In this document: positions 38,503 to 50,690 of the stretch, piece after piece
Numbering within the stretch: position 1 is the first letter of the stretch
Layout: each line of letters opens with the position of its first letter
Origin: Anthoceros angustus
Taxonomy: Eukaryota > Plantae > Anthocerotophyta
Reading direction: 5' to 3'
Length of the DNA: 64,000 nucleotides
Assembly: GCA_010909165.1 (NCBI GenBank)
Contig: VJWM01000011.1
Location: 1,116,001 to 1,180,000 of the forward strand
Translations under genes and position numbers: made by a program
Notes under the pieces: generated by a model
Database searches by the model: none
What the model was told of the DNA's origin: nothing
Seen by the model: only the letters and a program-made list of their open reading frames with translations

Positions 38503-39019
38503 CGCCTTAACATGCGGCGAGAACCGGGACGGCGTAGGGCAACCGCAAGTGCGATTTGGGCGAGCAAGAGCCGTAGATTGGAACCTACAAAATAATGCCG
38601 GTTCCTACTCCAGAGAAGGACGCTCACCACCGCCCCGCCCTGATCCTGATCCTGATCCTCGCGCCATGCCCATCAGCGACTAAATGCCATACCCTCCCTC
38701 CGTTATGTTTCTCTATTCAAACCACCTACCTCTTACGTGTGTTTCCATGTGTCTCCCATGAGCCTGTCCCAACAAGCTCAAGTCTAGACACTGCCTCCTT
38801 AGGTTCTTTCCAAGGACACCACCCATGATAATCCTATTGTTTGTCCAAAAACAAACCTTCAAAAATAATAATCTCATTGGATAATTATGTTGGAAACAAA
38901 CACATGTGTCGTTCAACTCGTACTACCTACCGTCAACCCTCTCGAACCAAGAGCAATAAGTCGAGGACGAATCAACTGCGTGTCCGTAATTAGAGCGGGT
39001 ATAACCTTTTCCTGCCAAT

Positions 39020-39560
39020 GAAGAAGAAGAAGAAGAAGAATTTTATTGAAGTCCACTAAGGACGGATTTCCGTCATGGGACTTGGTACTTAACAACTTGT
39101 ACCATGGTGTAACAACTTGTACCATAGTGTGATCTAAGCTCAATCACAACGATGCTTAATCACAACGTTCTTATAAATGTGTGCCCATTTGGCCTAAGTT
39201 TGAGCGAGAAAATAAGGTATCCGACATATTATGCATCTCGAACTCGTTTATGCTATTCGACATTGCTCCAAGTTGCGCGTCTTCCACGACCTTGGCCAAA
39301 TGGACACACATTTATAAGAACGTCGTGATTAAGCATCCCGAGCTTAGATCGGAGATTAGATGGGTGCTTGAAGTGGATGCCCTTGGTGCAGTAGCTTAGG
39401 CACACCATGGTACAAGTTGTTAAGTACCAAGTCCCATGACAAATCATCTCTAGTGGACTTAGAATAAGATTTCCGTCATGGGACTTGGTACTAACAACTT
39501 GTACCATAAAAGCTACTTGCACCAAGGGCATCCACTCCTTTTAGGCACCCCATCAAAGTA
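39020..39560. mobile_element. Three LINE 3'-end fragments in alternating orientation (error-rich copy of 48140-48700)
   Basis: (gaa)n tail plus ttttatt, followed by gtccactaaggacggatttccgtcatgggacttggtac; same arrangement as 48140-48700. Confidence 0.65.
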
Positions 39561-39879
39561 TGAGAGAGGCAAGGCCAGAAACCTTGTGTTGAGAGAGCTG
39601 TGGAGGGCTAGTTAGTGAGCTTGTCGTGGAGTCCAGGGCAATAGCCAGTTGGTCGCAGATAGCCAGATTTCATCATTGTATTCTTTCAATAAAAAGTAGC
39701 ACCTCAAGGAGGTGGCCTGCGAGTCGTTAGTGGGCGCAGGCTACTTTGGAGCCTAATGCTGTGTTGTGAGGTTGAGAGCGCTGAGAATCGTGTAAGTCTC
39801 TTGTGGAGTGAATTGGCGAGGTCCTAGACCGGAATCCAAAGACTTGTCGCATCGGCCGCAGTTGAGGGGTGTTACTTTG

Positions 39880-40860
39880 TGGTATTAGAACGTAGTCCAT
39901 TCCTCCGAGTGACTAGAGAATGCACAAGATGGTCAATAAGAAGCGCAAAGAGATGCTGAAGAAGCAGCAGTCTCCCACCGATCGTCCGCCTCAACCGCTT
40001 GAAGATTCATCATCGGAAGAGGCGAGAGCGCTCCAGTACATGGGTCCATCTAGAGAGAAGTTAGAAGACAGGAAAAAATAGAAAGTGGAAGTACTTGATC
40101 AAGTTCTTCCAGGTGTCTTAGAAGATGTGATGACTAAAAGTAAAAAGGTGATGAAGAATCCAGAGCCCACAGCTCAACAAGGCGAAGATGCGGAAGATCA
40201 ACAAGAAGAAATCTTTCCGGTAAATTTAGTAGTCATCTTCGGAGTGGCTCCGAAGTCGAGCATGAGATTAGCTCTACCAGCCGCAATACTACTTGGGTAC
40301 TACTGGCAATTTTCTAAAGGGTTATGCCTTGGTATGGTGGCGGAGTTATGCTACTAATGTTGCCCTGGGTAATCGAGCACATACCATCACAGACTGGGCA
40401 TCCTTCAAAGAAGCCCTCACGAAGCAGTTCTAACCTGGGAATGCTTCACGCTTGAGTAGACAGCAACTTGACAATATCAAGCAGACAGGTATTGTACAAG
40501 AATATGTAAGTACCTTTAGTGAAGCTGTAATGCATTGTACAACTATGAGTGAAGATGATAAGCTGCACCGCTTCATGGTTGGTTTGAAAGATTGGGCTGC
40601 TAATTGAATTGAGTTGTATAGTCCAAATATGTTGGCAGAGGCCATCACAGCAGCAAATGCCATTCTAGATACGTTTTATATTAGTACATCCAACTCCTCT
40701 AGAAGATTTCGAGGCAATACCCATGGTCGATATGCCCAAATTAGAGGAAGTTCTAGTAGCTGGAGGAGTCGCCAAGGACATTGGCGGAAATGGAGCGGCA
40801 AGAGGCAATTCAAGAGGAAATTTTCGTGGAAGAAATCAAGGAGGGAGGTGTTTAGAGTGT
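39880..40860 (+). mobile_element. Ty3/Gypsy remnant: degenerate Met-PBS plus gag
   Basis: tggtattagaac (39880-39891) after ggggtgttac; ITDWASFKEALTKQF*PGNASRLSRQQLDNIKQTGIVQEYVSTF...DKLHRFMVGLK (Retrotrans_gag-like). Confidence 0.75.
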
Positions 40861-43800
40861 ACATGTTAATTAGTGTGGTTTTTTGGAATCCTGGCAAGAA
40901 TTCCAAGATGAGAAGTTATCCAGCTTTGCCAAGCTTAATTCTGGATGCTTAGATTGTTTTTGGTTTGTAGAATTGGTCATGTGTGTCATGTGTGTCTCAT
41001 TATGCGGATCTCTAATTATTGCTTCCAAGTTGAGATTGAGTTTAGACACGTTTTCACAAGTCTATCTCAGTGTGACTTCCTTGAAAATACCAGGTTGCAT
41101 TCTAACTAGTTTACTACTGCTAATGGGTTTTATGTGTATGTGAAGAGAACCTTGTGTTTGTGTGAGATTCTTGTTTTATTTTGGATGGGGTGGTGTGGAA
41201 ATTTTTGCATCCGATGTGTGGATAGAGAACGCACCGGTAATTATGGTGTTGAGCAGATCGTTATTGTATTTTTCTAGAATTAATTATTCGTAAATAATCG
41301 AAGATAAGCGAAAATGCTTGAAACACTTTTCACCGCGACCCACAAGGGCTCCTCTTGGGTGTTCTCTACGAATCGGCATTTCTATCAAATTTTTCCTCCC
41401 AATAAAAAGCTCATATGCAACACTCTTGTCCTTGTGGGGTTAAGAGGTTAAGGAAGAGAATAGAATAACAGTCCACTGATTTGGTAAAAATAATGAAGGT
41501 AAAAATAGAACAACATTCTGCTGATAAGACTAAACAGTTTCCATTTCCACTTCACTACTTCACTCGCAACATCTTGATGAGACTATGCATCGCGTAAATT
41601 ATTTTCCTAATTTTCATTATTTTTCTAATTTGCAATATAGAACGTGAATCATTTTGCTCATTTGCAATGTACAAGAATAAATTATTTTGCTAATTTGTAA
41701 TATCGGAAAGATAGAAACGCTTACATGGACTCTTATTACCTATACGAGTTGATAGAGTTGGTTGATCTTTTCAACTTCCTTGCTTTTGGTTTTTCCTATA
41801 TGGAGTCCGTTGATTGGTCCTCTTGTCTTCCTTGCTCTTGGTTGGACATAGCTGATTGATCTTTTGTCTTCCTCTTAGTTTCTTCACAATGGATGCTTTT
41901 TTCACCAAAATTATTTTATTTTACTAATCATCTCATAAAACATAAATTGAGAAGACATACACTCAACTTAAATTAATATCTATCAATTTATATTTTTAAC
42001 AATATTTTAAACAGCTACGAAGAAAAACATCTATGACAGCTTCCACTCGTCTATGGACTTGAATAAAAGAATCTTTTCTCTTCTAACAAAGTCTTTTATA
42101 GCTTGTTGAATTGAATATCCACGAGAGTTTGTGCAGCTGTGGATGCGAGGTTAGGCACTTTCCCCTTTAATACTGCAAAGGACCCAACCATCTCGCCGAA
42201 TACTAGAAGTACCGACTTGTGGACATGCAAAATTCAAAGCACGCCACAGGTGAACCCCTTGCTGCTGCAATGGTACTCCTGCATGTACATGGCTTCTATC
42301 ACCAACTCTGCCACACAACATTCACTTCGCCTGTAACATGTCTCTTCATATTGCATCCTGCCAGTCATAGAAGAAAGTTTTTGTGCCAAGTGAATCCATG
42401 CCTGTGTTCCAGATCGTCCCAAGTACTGCACATAGTCTGCAGGAAGTCTGCACTCCTTCCAAGTACATAGACAGACTGAACACCTTTGTGCTGCTGCAAT
42501 GGTACTCCTGCATTTGCATAAGTTCTATCACCAACACCGCAACACAACATTCACGTTGACTGTAACAAGTCTCCTCCTATTGCATCCTGCCAGTGTAGGA
42601 AACGATGTCGGTGCCAAGTGATCCGTGCCTGGCTGTTCCAGACCGTGCGCATTACTGCACTCAGTCTGCAAAAGTTTTGCACTGCTTCCAATTGCATAAA
42701 ACAGACTTGTTTGTGGGCAGCAGCTTGCTAAGTATGTAGATTTGCCAAGTGGGAACATCGAGGATGCAGAACAGGTGTTTGGCCATCTATCCCAGCGAGA
42801 TGCAGGGTCATGGACTGCCGTGATTGCAGCAACATGGTCAGCAAGGTCAAGGACATAGAAGCTTTGCAGCTCTATGCCGAGATGCAAGCTCCAGGTGTGA
42901 ATCCATGCCTGTGTTCCAGATCGTCCCAAGTACTGCACATAGTCTGCAGGAAGTCTGCACTCCTTCCAAGTACATAGACAGACTGAACACCTTTGTGCTG
43001 CTGCAATGGTACTCCTGCATTTGCATAAGTTCTATCACCAACACCGCAACACAACATTCACGTTGACTGTAACAAGTCTCCTCATATTGCATCCTGCCAG
43101 TCATGGAAGAAAGTGTCGGTGCCAAGTAATCCATGCCTGCCAGTTCCAGATAGGCTGAAGTACTACACAGAGTCTGCAGAAAGTCTGCACTCCTTCCAAT
43201 GACTTAAACAGACTAGTCTGTGGGCAGCTGGTAACCATTTATGCCCAGTGCTGGGGCATCAAGGACGCAAAACAGGTGTTTGTCCTTCTGTCCCAGCCCG
43301 ATGCAGGGTCAAGGAGATAAAGTTTTGCAGCTCTATGCCGAGATGCAAGCTTCAGGTCTGAGGCCACATGAAGGTCGACCCCCAACAAGAAAAGGCAATT
43401 TTCTCTGGCGTACAGACTTGACCATCGGGTACTCCTTCATTATTCTCACGGCCGACCACAACTGCAGGAAGTCTGCACTCCTTCCAAGTACATAGACAGA
43501 CTGAACACCTTTGTGCTGCTGCAATGGTACTCCTGCATTTGCATAAGTTCTATCACCAACACCGCAACACAACATTCACGTTGACTGTAACAAGTCTCCT
43601 CATATTGCATCCTGCCAGTCATGGAAGAAAGTGTCGGTGCCAAGTAATCCATGCCTGCCAGTTCCAGATAGGCTGAAGTACTACACAGAGTCTGCAGAAA
43701 GTCTGCACTCCTTCCAATGACTTAAACAGACTAGTCTGTGGGCAGCAGCTTGGTAACCATTTATGCCCAGTGCTGGGGCATCAAGGACGCAAAACAGGTG

Positions 43801-43971
43801 TTTGTCCTTCTGTCCCAGCCCGATGCAGGGTCAAGGAGATAAAGTTTTGCAGCTCTATGCCGAGATGCAAGCTTCAGGTCTGAGGCCACATGAAGGTTAA
43901 CCCATCCCAAGCAGAGAAAAGCAATATTCTCTGGCATACATACTTCAGCAGCGGGTAATCCTTCATTATTC

Positions 43972-44410
43972 TCACGGTCGACCCTTACAACTGCAGCAAC
44001 CACCTGCGAATCGATGCACACGGTACCCATCCCTGACGACAATGTCTCTCTGTTCAAGCCTTGACAGGATCTCCGTGGAACTGTGGCAGTCGCTGCACAT
44101 GCGTAGATTCTTCGTTACCAACAGAGGTGTTCCACTTGGAGTGTTCAATAGGCCAAACGCCAGAGCTAGCTTCTCAGCATGCCCACAAAGCACATCTTCC
44201 TTTTCATCCTCAGACAACGGCTTCAACACCAACTTTGTGTGAGGTTCATGGCCTCCTTCCTGCTTCAGACGTCCTTTCGTGCTCTCTACCTGAAGAGCAA
44301 TATCCTCTCTCCTTTCTCCCACTGTAAATCGATGTACCTGCTTATTCACCTCAATGGTCGCCACTGCATGTTTCTTGTTAGCTCCTGCTACCCTTCTCTG
44401 TGATTCAATC
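43972..44410 (-). pseudogene. Isolated GRP-type DYW domain fragment
   Basis: ESQRRVAGANKKHAVATIEV...CGHAEKLA...CCSCKGRP, joined at 44402-44410 (gattcaatc) to non-coding repeat sequence. Confidence 0.8.
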
Positions 44411-45054
44411 ACCAACTCTGCCACACAACATTCACTTCGCCTGTAACATGTCTCTTCATATTGCATCCTGCCAGTCATAGAAGAAAGTTTTTGTGCCAAG
44501 TGAATCCATGCCTGGCAGTTCCAGATCGTCCCAAGTACTGCACATAGTCTGCAGGAAGTCTGCACTCCTTCCAAGTACATAGACAGACTGAACACCTTTG
44601 TGCTGCTGCAATGGTACTCCTGCATTTGCATAAGTTCTATCACCAACACCGCAACACAACATTCACGTTGACTGTAACAAGTCTCCTCATATTGCATCCT
44701 GCCAGTCATGGAAGAAAGTGTCGGTGCCAAGTAATCCATGCCTGCCAGTTCCAGATAGGCTGAAGTACTACACAGAGTCTGCAGAAAGTCTGCACTCCTT
44801 CCAATGACTTAAACAGACTAGTCTGTGGGCAGCTGGTAACCATTTATGCCCAGTGCTGGGGCATCAAGGACGCAAAACAGGTGTTTGTCCTTCTGTCCCA
44901 GCCCGATGCAGGGTCAAGGAGATAAAGTTTTGCAGCTCTATGCCGAGATGCAAGCTTCAGGTCTGAGGCCACATGAAGGTTAACCCATCCCAAGCAGAGA
45001 AAAGCAATATTCTCTGGCATACATACTTCAGCAGCGGGTAATCCTTCATTATTC

Positions 45055-47625
45055 TCACGGTCGACCCTTACAACTGCAGCAACCACCTGCGATGTAATCG
45101 ATGCACACGGTACCCATCCCTGGCGACAATGTCTCTCTTCAAGCCTTGACAGGATCTCCGTGGAACTGTGGCAGTCGCTGCACATGCGTAGATTCTTCGT
45201 TACCAACAGAGGTGTTCCACTTGGAGTGTTCAAGATACCAAACGCCAGAGCTAGCTTCTCAGCATGCCCACAAAGCACATCTTCCTTGTCATCCTCACAC
45301 ACTGGCTTCAACACCAACTTTGTATGAGGTGTGTGGCCTCCTTCCTGCTTCAGACGTGCTTTCGTTTTATCTTAAGCGCAATATCCTCTCTCCTTTCTCC
45401 AACCACAAATCTATGCACTTCCTTATTCACCTCAAGGGTCGCCACTGCAGGTTTCTTGTTAGCTCCTGCTACCCTTCTCTGTGATTCAATCCTATCTACA
45501 TCAGTCCACATACCTGCATCTGCGTAGGCATTGGCCATGAGCACATATGCAGGGGCCTCCTGGGGGACCAGCCTAACAATCCTTTCAAAACACCACATCG
45601 CCCTCTTTATATCCCCGTGGCTTCTGCAGGCATTCAACAACGACCTCAAGCCCACAACATTACTTTGGCCCTCACATAACAATAGCATCTTCTCAGCCTC
45701 ATCTAAATGGCCTGCCCGCCCAAGAAGATCAACCATGCAGGTACTGAGGACCAGCCTAACAATCCTTTCAAACACCACATCGCCATCTCTATATCCCCAT
45801 GGCTTTTGCAGGCATTCAACAACGACCTCAAGCCCACAACATTACTTTGGCCCTCACATAACAATAGCATCTTCTTTGCCTCATCTAAATGGCCTGCACG
45901 ACCAAGAAGATCAACCATGCAGGTGTAATGCTCAATAGTCGGTTTGATGCCGTGCTGTGTAGCCATGGAATCAAAGTGCTTGCGACCCTCCTGGACCAGT
46001 CCCTCATGGCTACATGCGACTAGAAGGCAGGTAAAAGTAGCACCATCAGGTTGGATACCGGCATCTAACATCTCCTTAAAACAAGCTAGTGCTCTGTTAC
46101 CATCACCACAAGTACCATACCCAGATATCAACGCCGTCCATGTAACCACGTCCTTCGAGGCCATGCTGTCAAACACTTGGCGGGCATCTTCCAGCTCACC
46201 ACATGTTGCATACATGTCCACCAGGCAGGTACCCACCAGTATGTCACCCAGCAGTCCTCTTTCGACGATCTGTGAGTGCAGGTCCCTGCCCTTCTGTAAG
46301 GCACCAGTGCTTGCACAGGCCTTTAGAAGGCAAGCGAAAGTAAAATGATCAGCCAAAACCAGCCCCTCCTGCTCCATTCGTCCATACAGAAAGAGTGCCT
46401 CATGTCCGAGCCCTTGCTCGGCATACCCAGCAATCAGCGCCGTCCATGTCACTACATTCTTTGTGGCCATTCTGTCAAAAACCAGGCGTGCATCTTTCAG
46501 TTCACCACATTTTACATACCCAGATACCAGTGCCGTCCATGTCACCACATTCTTTGTAGCCATGTTGTCAAAAACCTGGCGCGCCTCTTTCAGTTCACCA
46601 CATTTTGAGTACATGTCCACCAGGCAGGTGCCAACAAACAAGTTAACAGGAATGCCACTGTGCAATACATCACAGTGAACACTTCTGCCAGATTCCAAGT
46701 CGGCCGCAACTGCACAAGCTTGAAGGGCAGCTACAAAGACGTGAGCATCGGCCTTCACCCCTGACCTACGCATCTCATGGTACAGCTGTATGGCCTCCTT
46801 AGGTTTCCCATGTTTAGCATGAGCAGAGATGATGGAACCCCACGTGATAACATCTGGTTTGCCGACCCTGGTGAACACATCCATGACCTCCTCTAGCCTA
46901 CCACCACATGCATACATGCGCAATATATGGTTCCCCAAGTATACATTCGATTCGGACCCGAGTTTAACACTGAGGTCATGAACTCGTCGCCCCGCAACCA
47001 GATCCTTCTTAACTGTACACAGTTTCAGCACAGTGCAAAACAGAGACAGAGGAATAACAGAGTCTGTCTGCGCAAGAGATTCCAGGGCTCTAACGGCCTC
47101 AGAAAGCTTCCCCTCCTGACAAAACGTGCTCACGATTGCAGCCGTAGCGACACCAATTCCCCATCCTGCACGCCTGCCAGATTCAAGCTTATCCGGTGAC
47201 CTGGACTTGGAAGGAGAGGTACCATGACCCATCTCCATATCCAAGGAAACGAGCTGCTCATCAACCCAAGCTGGCTTAAACAAGTCGTTTACCCACAGCA
47301 CCTCGCCGGACCCCTTACGACGGAAGTCAGGCGAACGGGAACTCGTCTTCTCTTGTCTGTTGTCCCACCACCTGGTAGGCTCCAGAAAAAATTGTTGCCA
47401 CAATTGCTCCTGCTCCTGCTGCTGTCGACGGCCATCGCTGGATAACCCGTCCCTACCCACACGTTTTCTCGGAAGTGGAACTGCTCGGCTCCTAACACTG
47501 CTGCGCCTGGAGGCTTGGTTATTTGCCGACGATGGACTCCCTGAGGTGAGGTGAGCGGGGAGCTCCTCGTAGAATCCTGTACACACACCAATTTGTTGGG
47601 TCCACAACAGTCCCCGCCGACGCAT
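45055..47625 (-). CDS. PDF-PLS-PPR-DYW:KP (GRP-type) locus Y; 640-aa open 5' part, with E/DYW part frameshifted as assembled
   Basis: ORF 45703-47625: Arg/Ser-rich leader, PDF motif at 47251-47403, about 13 PPR motifs and E1. It continues in 45350-45778 (KKPAVATLEV) and 44844-45317 (CGHAEKLA, MCSDCH); the GRP stop is at 45055. Confidence 0.8.
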
Positions 47626-48139
47626 CGCCTTAACATGCGGCGAGAACCGGGACGGCGTAGGGCAACCGCAAGTGCGATTTGGGCGAGCAAGAGCCGTAGA
47701 TTGGAACCTACAAAATAATGCCGGTTCCTACTCCAGAGAAGGACGCTCACCACCGCCCGCCCTGATCCTGATCCTGATCCTCGCGCCATGCCCATCAGCG
47801 ACTAAATGCCATACCCTCCTCCGTTATGTTTCTCTATTCAAACCACCTACCTCTTACGTGTGTTTCCATGTGTCTCCCATGAGCCTGTCCCAACAAGCTC
47901 AAGTCTGACACTGCCTCCTTAGGTTCTTTCCAAGGACACCACCATGATAATCCTATTGTTTGTCCAAAACAAACCTTCAAAAATAATAATCTCATTGGAT
48001 AATTATGTTGGAAACAAACACATGTGTCGTTCAACTCGTACTACCTACCGTCAACCCTCTCGAACCAAGAGCAATAAGTCGAGGACGAATCAACTGCGTG
48101 TCCGTAATTAGAGCGGGTATAACCTTTTCCTGCCAATGA

Positions 48140-48700
48140 AGAAGAAGAAGAAGAAGAATTTTATTGAAGTCCACTAAGGACGGATTTCCGTCATGGGACT
48201 TGGTACTTAACAACTTGTACCATGGTGTAACAACTTGTACCATAGTGTGATCTAAGCTCAATCACAACGATGCTTAATCACAACGTTCTTATAAATGTGT
48301 GCCCATTTGGCCTAAGTTTCGAACGAGGAAAATAAGGTATCCACGACATATTATGCTGCATCTCGAACTCGTTTATGCTATTCGACATTGCTCCAAGTTG
48401 CGCGTCTTCCACGACCTTGGCCAAATGGACACACATTTATAAGAACGTCGTGATTAAGCATCCTGAGCTTAGATCGGTACTTAGATGGGGTGCTTGAAGG
48501 GAGTGGATGCCCTTGGTGCAAGTAGCTTAGGCACACCATGGTACAAGTTGTTAAGTACCAAGTCCCATGACGGAAATCTGTCCTTAGTGGACTTAGAATA
48601 AGATTTCCGTCATGGGACTTGGTACTTAACAACTTGTACCATGGTGTGCCTAAGCTACTTGCACCAAGGGCATCCACTCCTTTTAGGCACCCCATCAAAG
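48140..48700. mobile_element. Three LINE 3'-end fragments (-,+,-) forming long inverted repeats
   Basis: 48484-48579 pairs with 48601-48696 (96 bp, 3 mismatches, 21-nt loop). The fragment encodes GSGCPWCK*LRHTM (zf-RVT-like) and ends AATAAA-like plus (TTC)n. Confidence 0.7.
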
Positions 48701-49683
48701 TATGAGAGAGTAGGCAAGTGTGCGCTGCAAACCTTGTGTTGAGAGAGCTGTGGAGGGCTAGTTAGTGAGCTTGTCGTGGAGTCAGGCAGCAGGTTGGTCG
48801 CAGAGATGGCAGTTTCATCATTGTATTCTTTCAATAAAACCTTGAAAGGGTTTAAGTAATCCAACCATGACACAACGGACATGAGGCCCTCAAAGACCCT
48901 AAAGTAGAAGAAGCGCTGAACTAGAATGGAGAATAGCGTAAAGGGTAAGCGTGTAAAATTATACATTTTAGTTTGATTCGAGTTTACTTGTCACACACAC
49001 GAGTGGTGAGAATGAGGTCTGCTAGGTCAGGTTTGCATTTATCCTTGTTTAATAGTAGTCCAACAGAAAATAATCCGACAATCCGATGCTCTTTTGGAAT
49101 TTTCTGCTAAGATCTGGCATCGATAGCTGATGATATTCTGGGTTGTTTTGGTATATATGACTAAAAACTAACAAAAGAAGACTAGGTAGTTAGTTCACAA
49201 AGAATGATGACATTTTAGCTATTTTCGCATGGGTCTTTGTTGGTTGGTTTACATTCTCTTTAACGCTTCGATCATCACTTCAATGGCTTGAAGGGTTGGA
49301 ATCATGATATTCTATGATGACAGTTTAGATAAATCATGACTTCTTCATACTTGTAAAAGATTATATTTTTATTTCATATATAAGTTTTATTATACTTTAA
49401 TATGATCTAAATACAGGTTAACAACATCATGTATGGTGATTCATTGGCTGACCACAAAAACCTATCTAGTGTATTAGGTAGTAAATCCAACAACAAAATC
49501 CTTTAATACCTATATATTTTAAGTTCGTGGTGTAAGAAAATGGGCTACTACTTTGGAAACTAATCTTTGTGTTGTGAGGTTGAGGCGCTGAGAATCGTGT
49601 AAGTCTCTTGTGGAGTGAATTGGCGAGGTCCTAGGCTGGGAATCCGGCACTTGCAGCATACTGCAGTGAGGGGTGTTACTTTG

Positions 49684-50690
49684 TGGTATTAGAACGTAGT
49701 CCATTCCTCCGAGTGACTAGAGAATGCACAAGATGGTCAATAAGAAGCGCAAAGAGATGCTGAAGAAGCAGCAGTCTCCCACCGATCGTCCGCCTCAACC
49801 GCTTGAAGATTCATCATCATCAGAAGAAGAGGAAGTGAGAGCGCTCCCTGAGTACACAGTAGGTCCATCTAGAGAGAAGTTAGAAGACAGGAAAAAATAG
49901 AAAGTGGAAGTACTTGATCAAGTTCTTCCAGGTGTCTTAGAAGATGTGATGACTAAAAGTAAAAAGGTGATGAAGAATCCAGAGCCCACAGCTCAACAAG
50001 GCGAAGATGCGGAAGATCAACAAGAAGAAATCTTTCCGGTAAATTTAGTAGTCATCTTCGGAGTGGCTCCGAAGTCGAGCATGAGATTAGCTCTACCAGC
50101 CGCAATACTACTTGGGTACTACTGGCAATTTTCTAAAGGGTTATGCCTTGGTATGGTGGCGGAGTTATGCTACTAATGTTGCCCTTGGTAATCGAGCACA
50201 TACCATCACAGACTGGGCATCCTTCAAAGAAGCCCTCACGAAGCAGTTCTAACCTGGGAATGCTTCACGCTTGAGTAGACAGCAACTTGACAATATCAAG
50301 CAGACATGTATTGTACAAGAATATGTAAGTACCTTTAGTGAAGGCGTAATGCATTGTACAACTATGAGTGAAGATGATAAAATTCACTTCATGGTTGGTT
50401 TGAAAGATTGGGCTGCTAATTGAATTGAGTTGTATAGTCCAAATATGTTGGCAGAGGCCATCACAGCAGCAAATGCCATTCTAGATACGTTTTATATTAG
50501 TACATCCAACTCCTCTAGAAGATTTCGAGGCAATACCCATGGTCGATATGCCCAAATTAGAGGAAGTTCTAGTAGTGCCGGCAGAGGAGCTGCCAAGGAC
50601 ATTGGCGGAAATGGAGCGGCAAGAGGCAATTCAAGAGGAAATTTTCGTGGAAGAAATCAAGGAGCCCGCAGAGGTGTTTAGAGTGTACAT
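49684..50690 (+). mobile_element. Ty3/Gypsy remnant: degenerate Met-PBS plus gag (paralog of 39880-40860)
   Basis: tggtattagaac at 49684-49695; identical ORF MEVLDQVLPG... at 49904 and gag peptide TDWASFKEALTKQF. Confidence 0.75.

Noticed and set aside
42139-44840. Many repeated short ORFs (MDYLAPTLSS..., MLCCGVGDRT...)
   Set aside because: Antisense readings of the duplicated degenerate PPR relic; recurrence reflects DNA duplication, not coding conservation.
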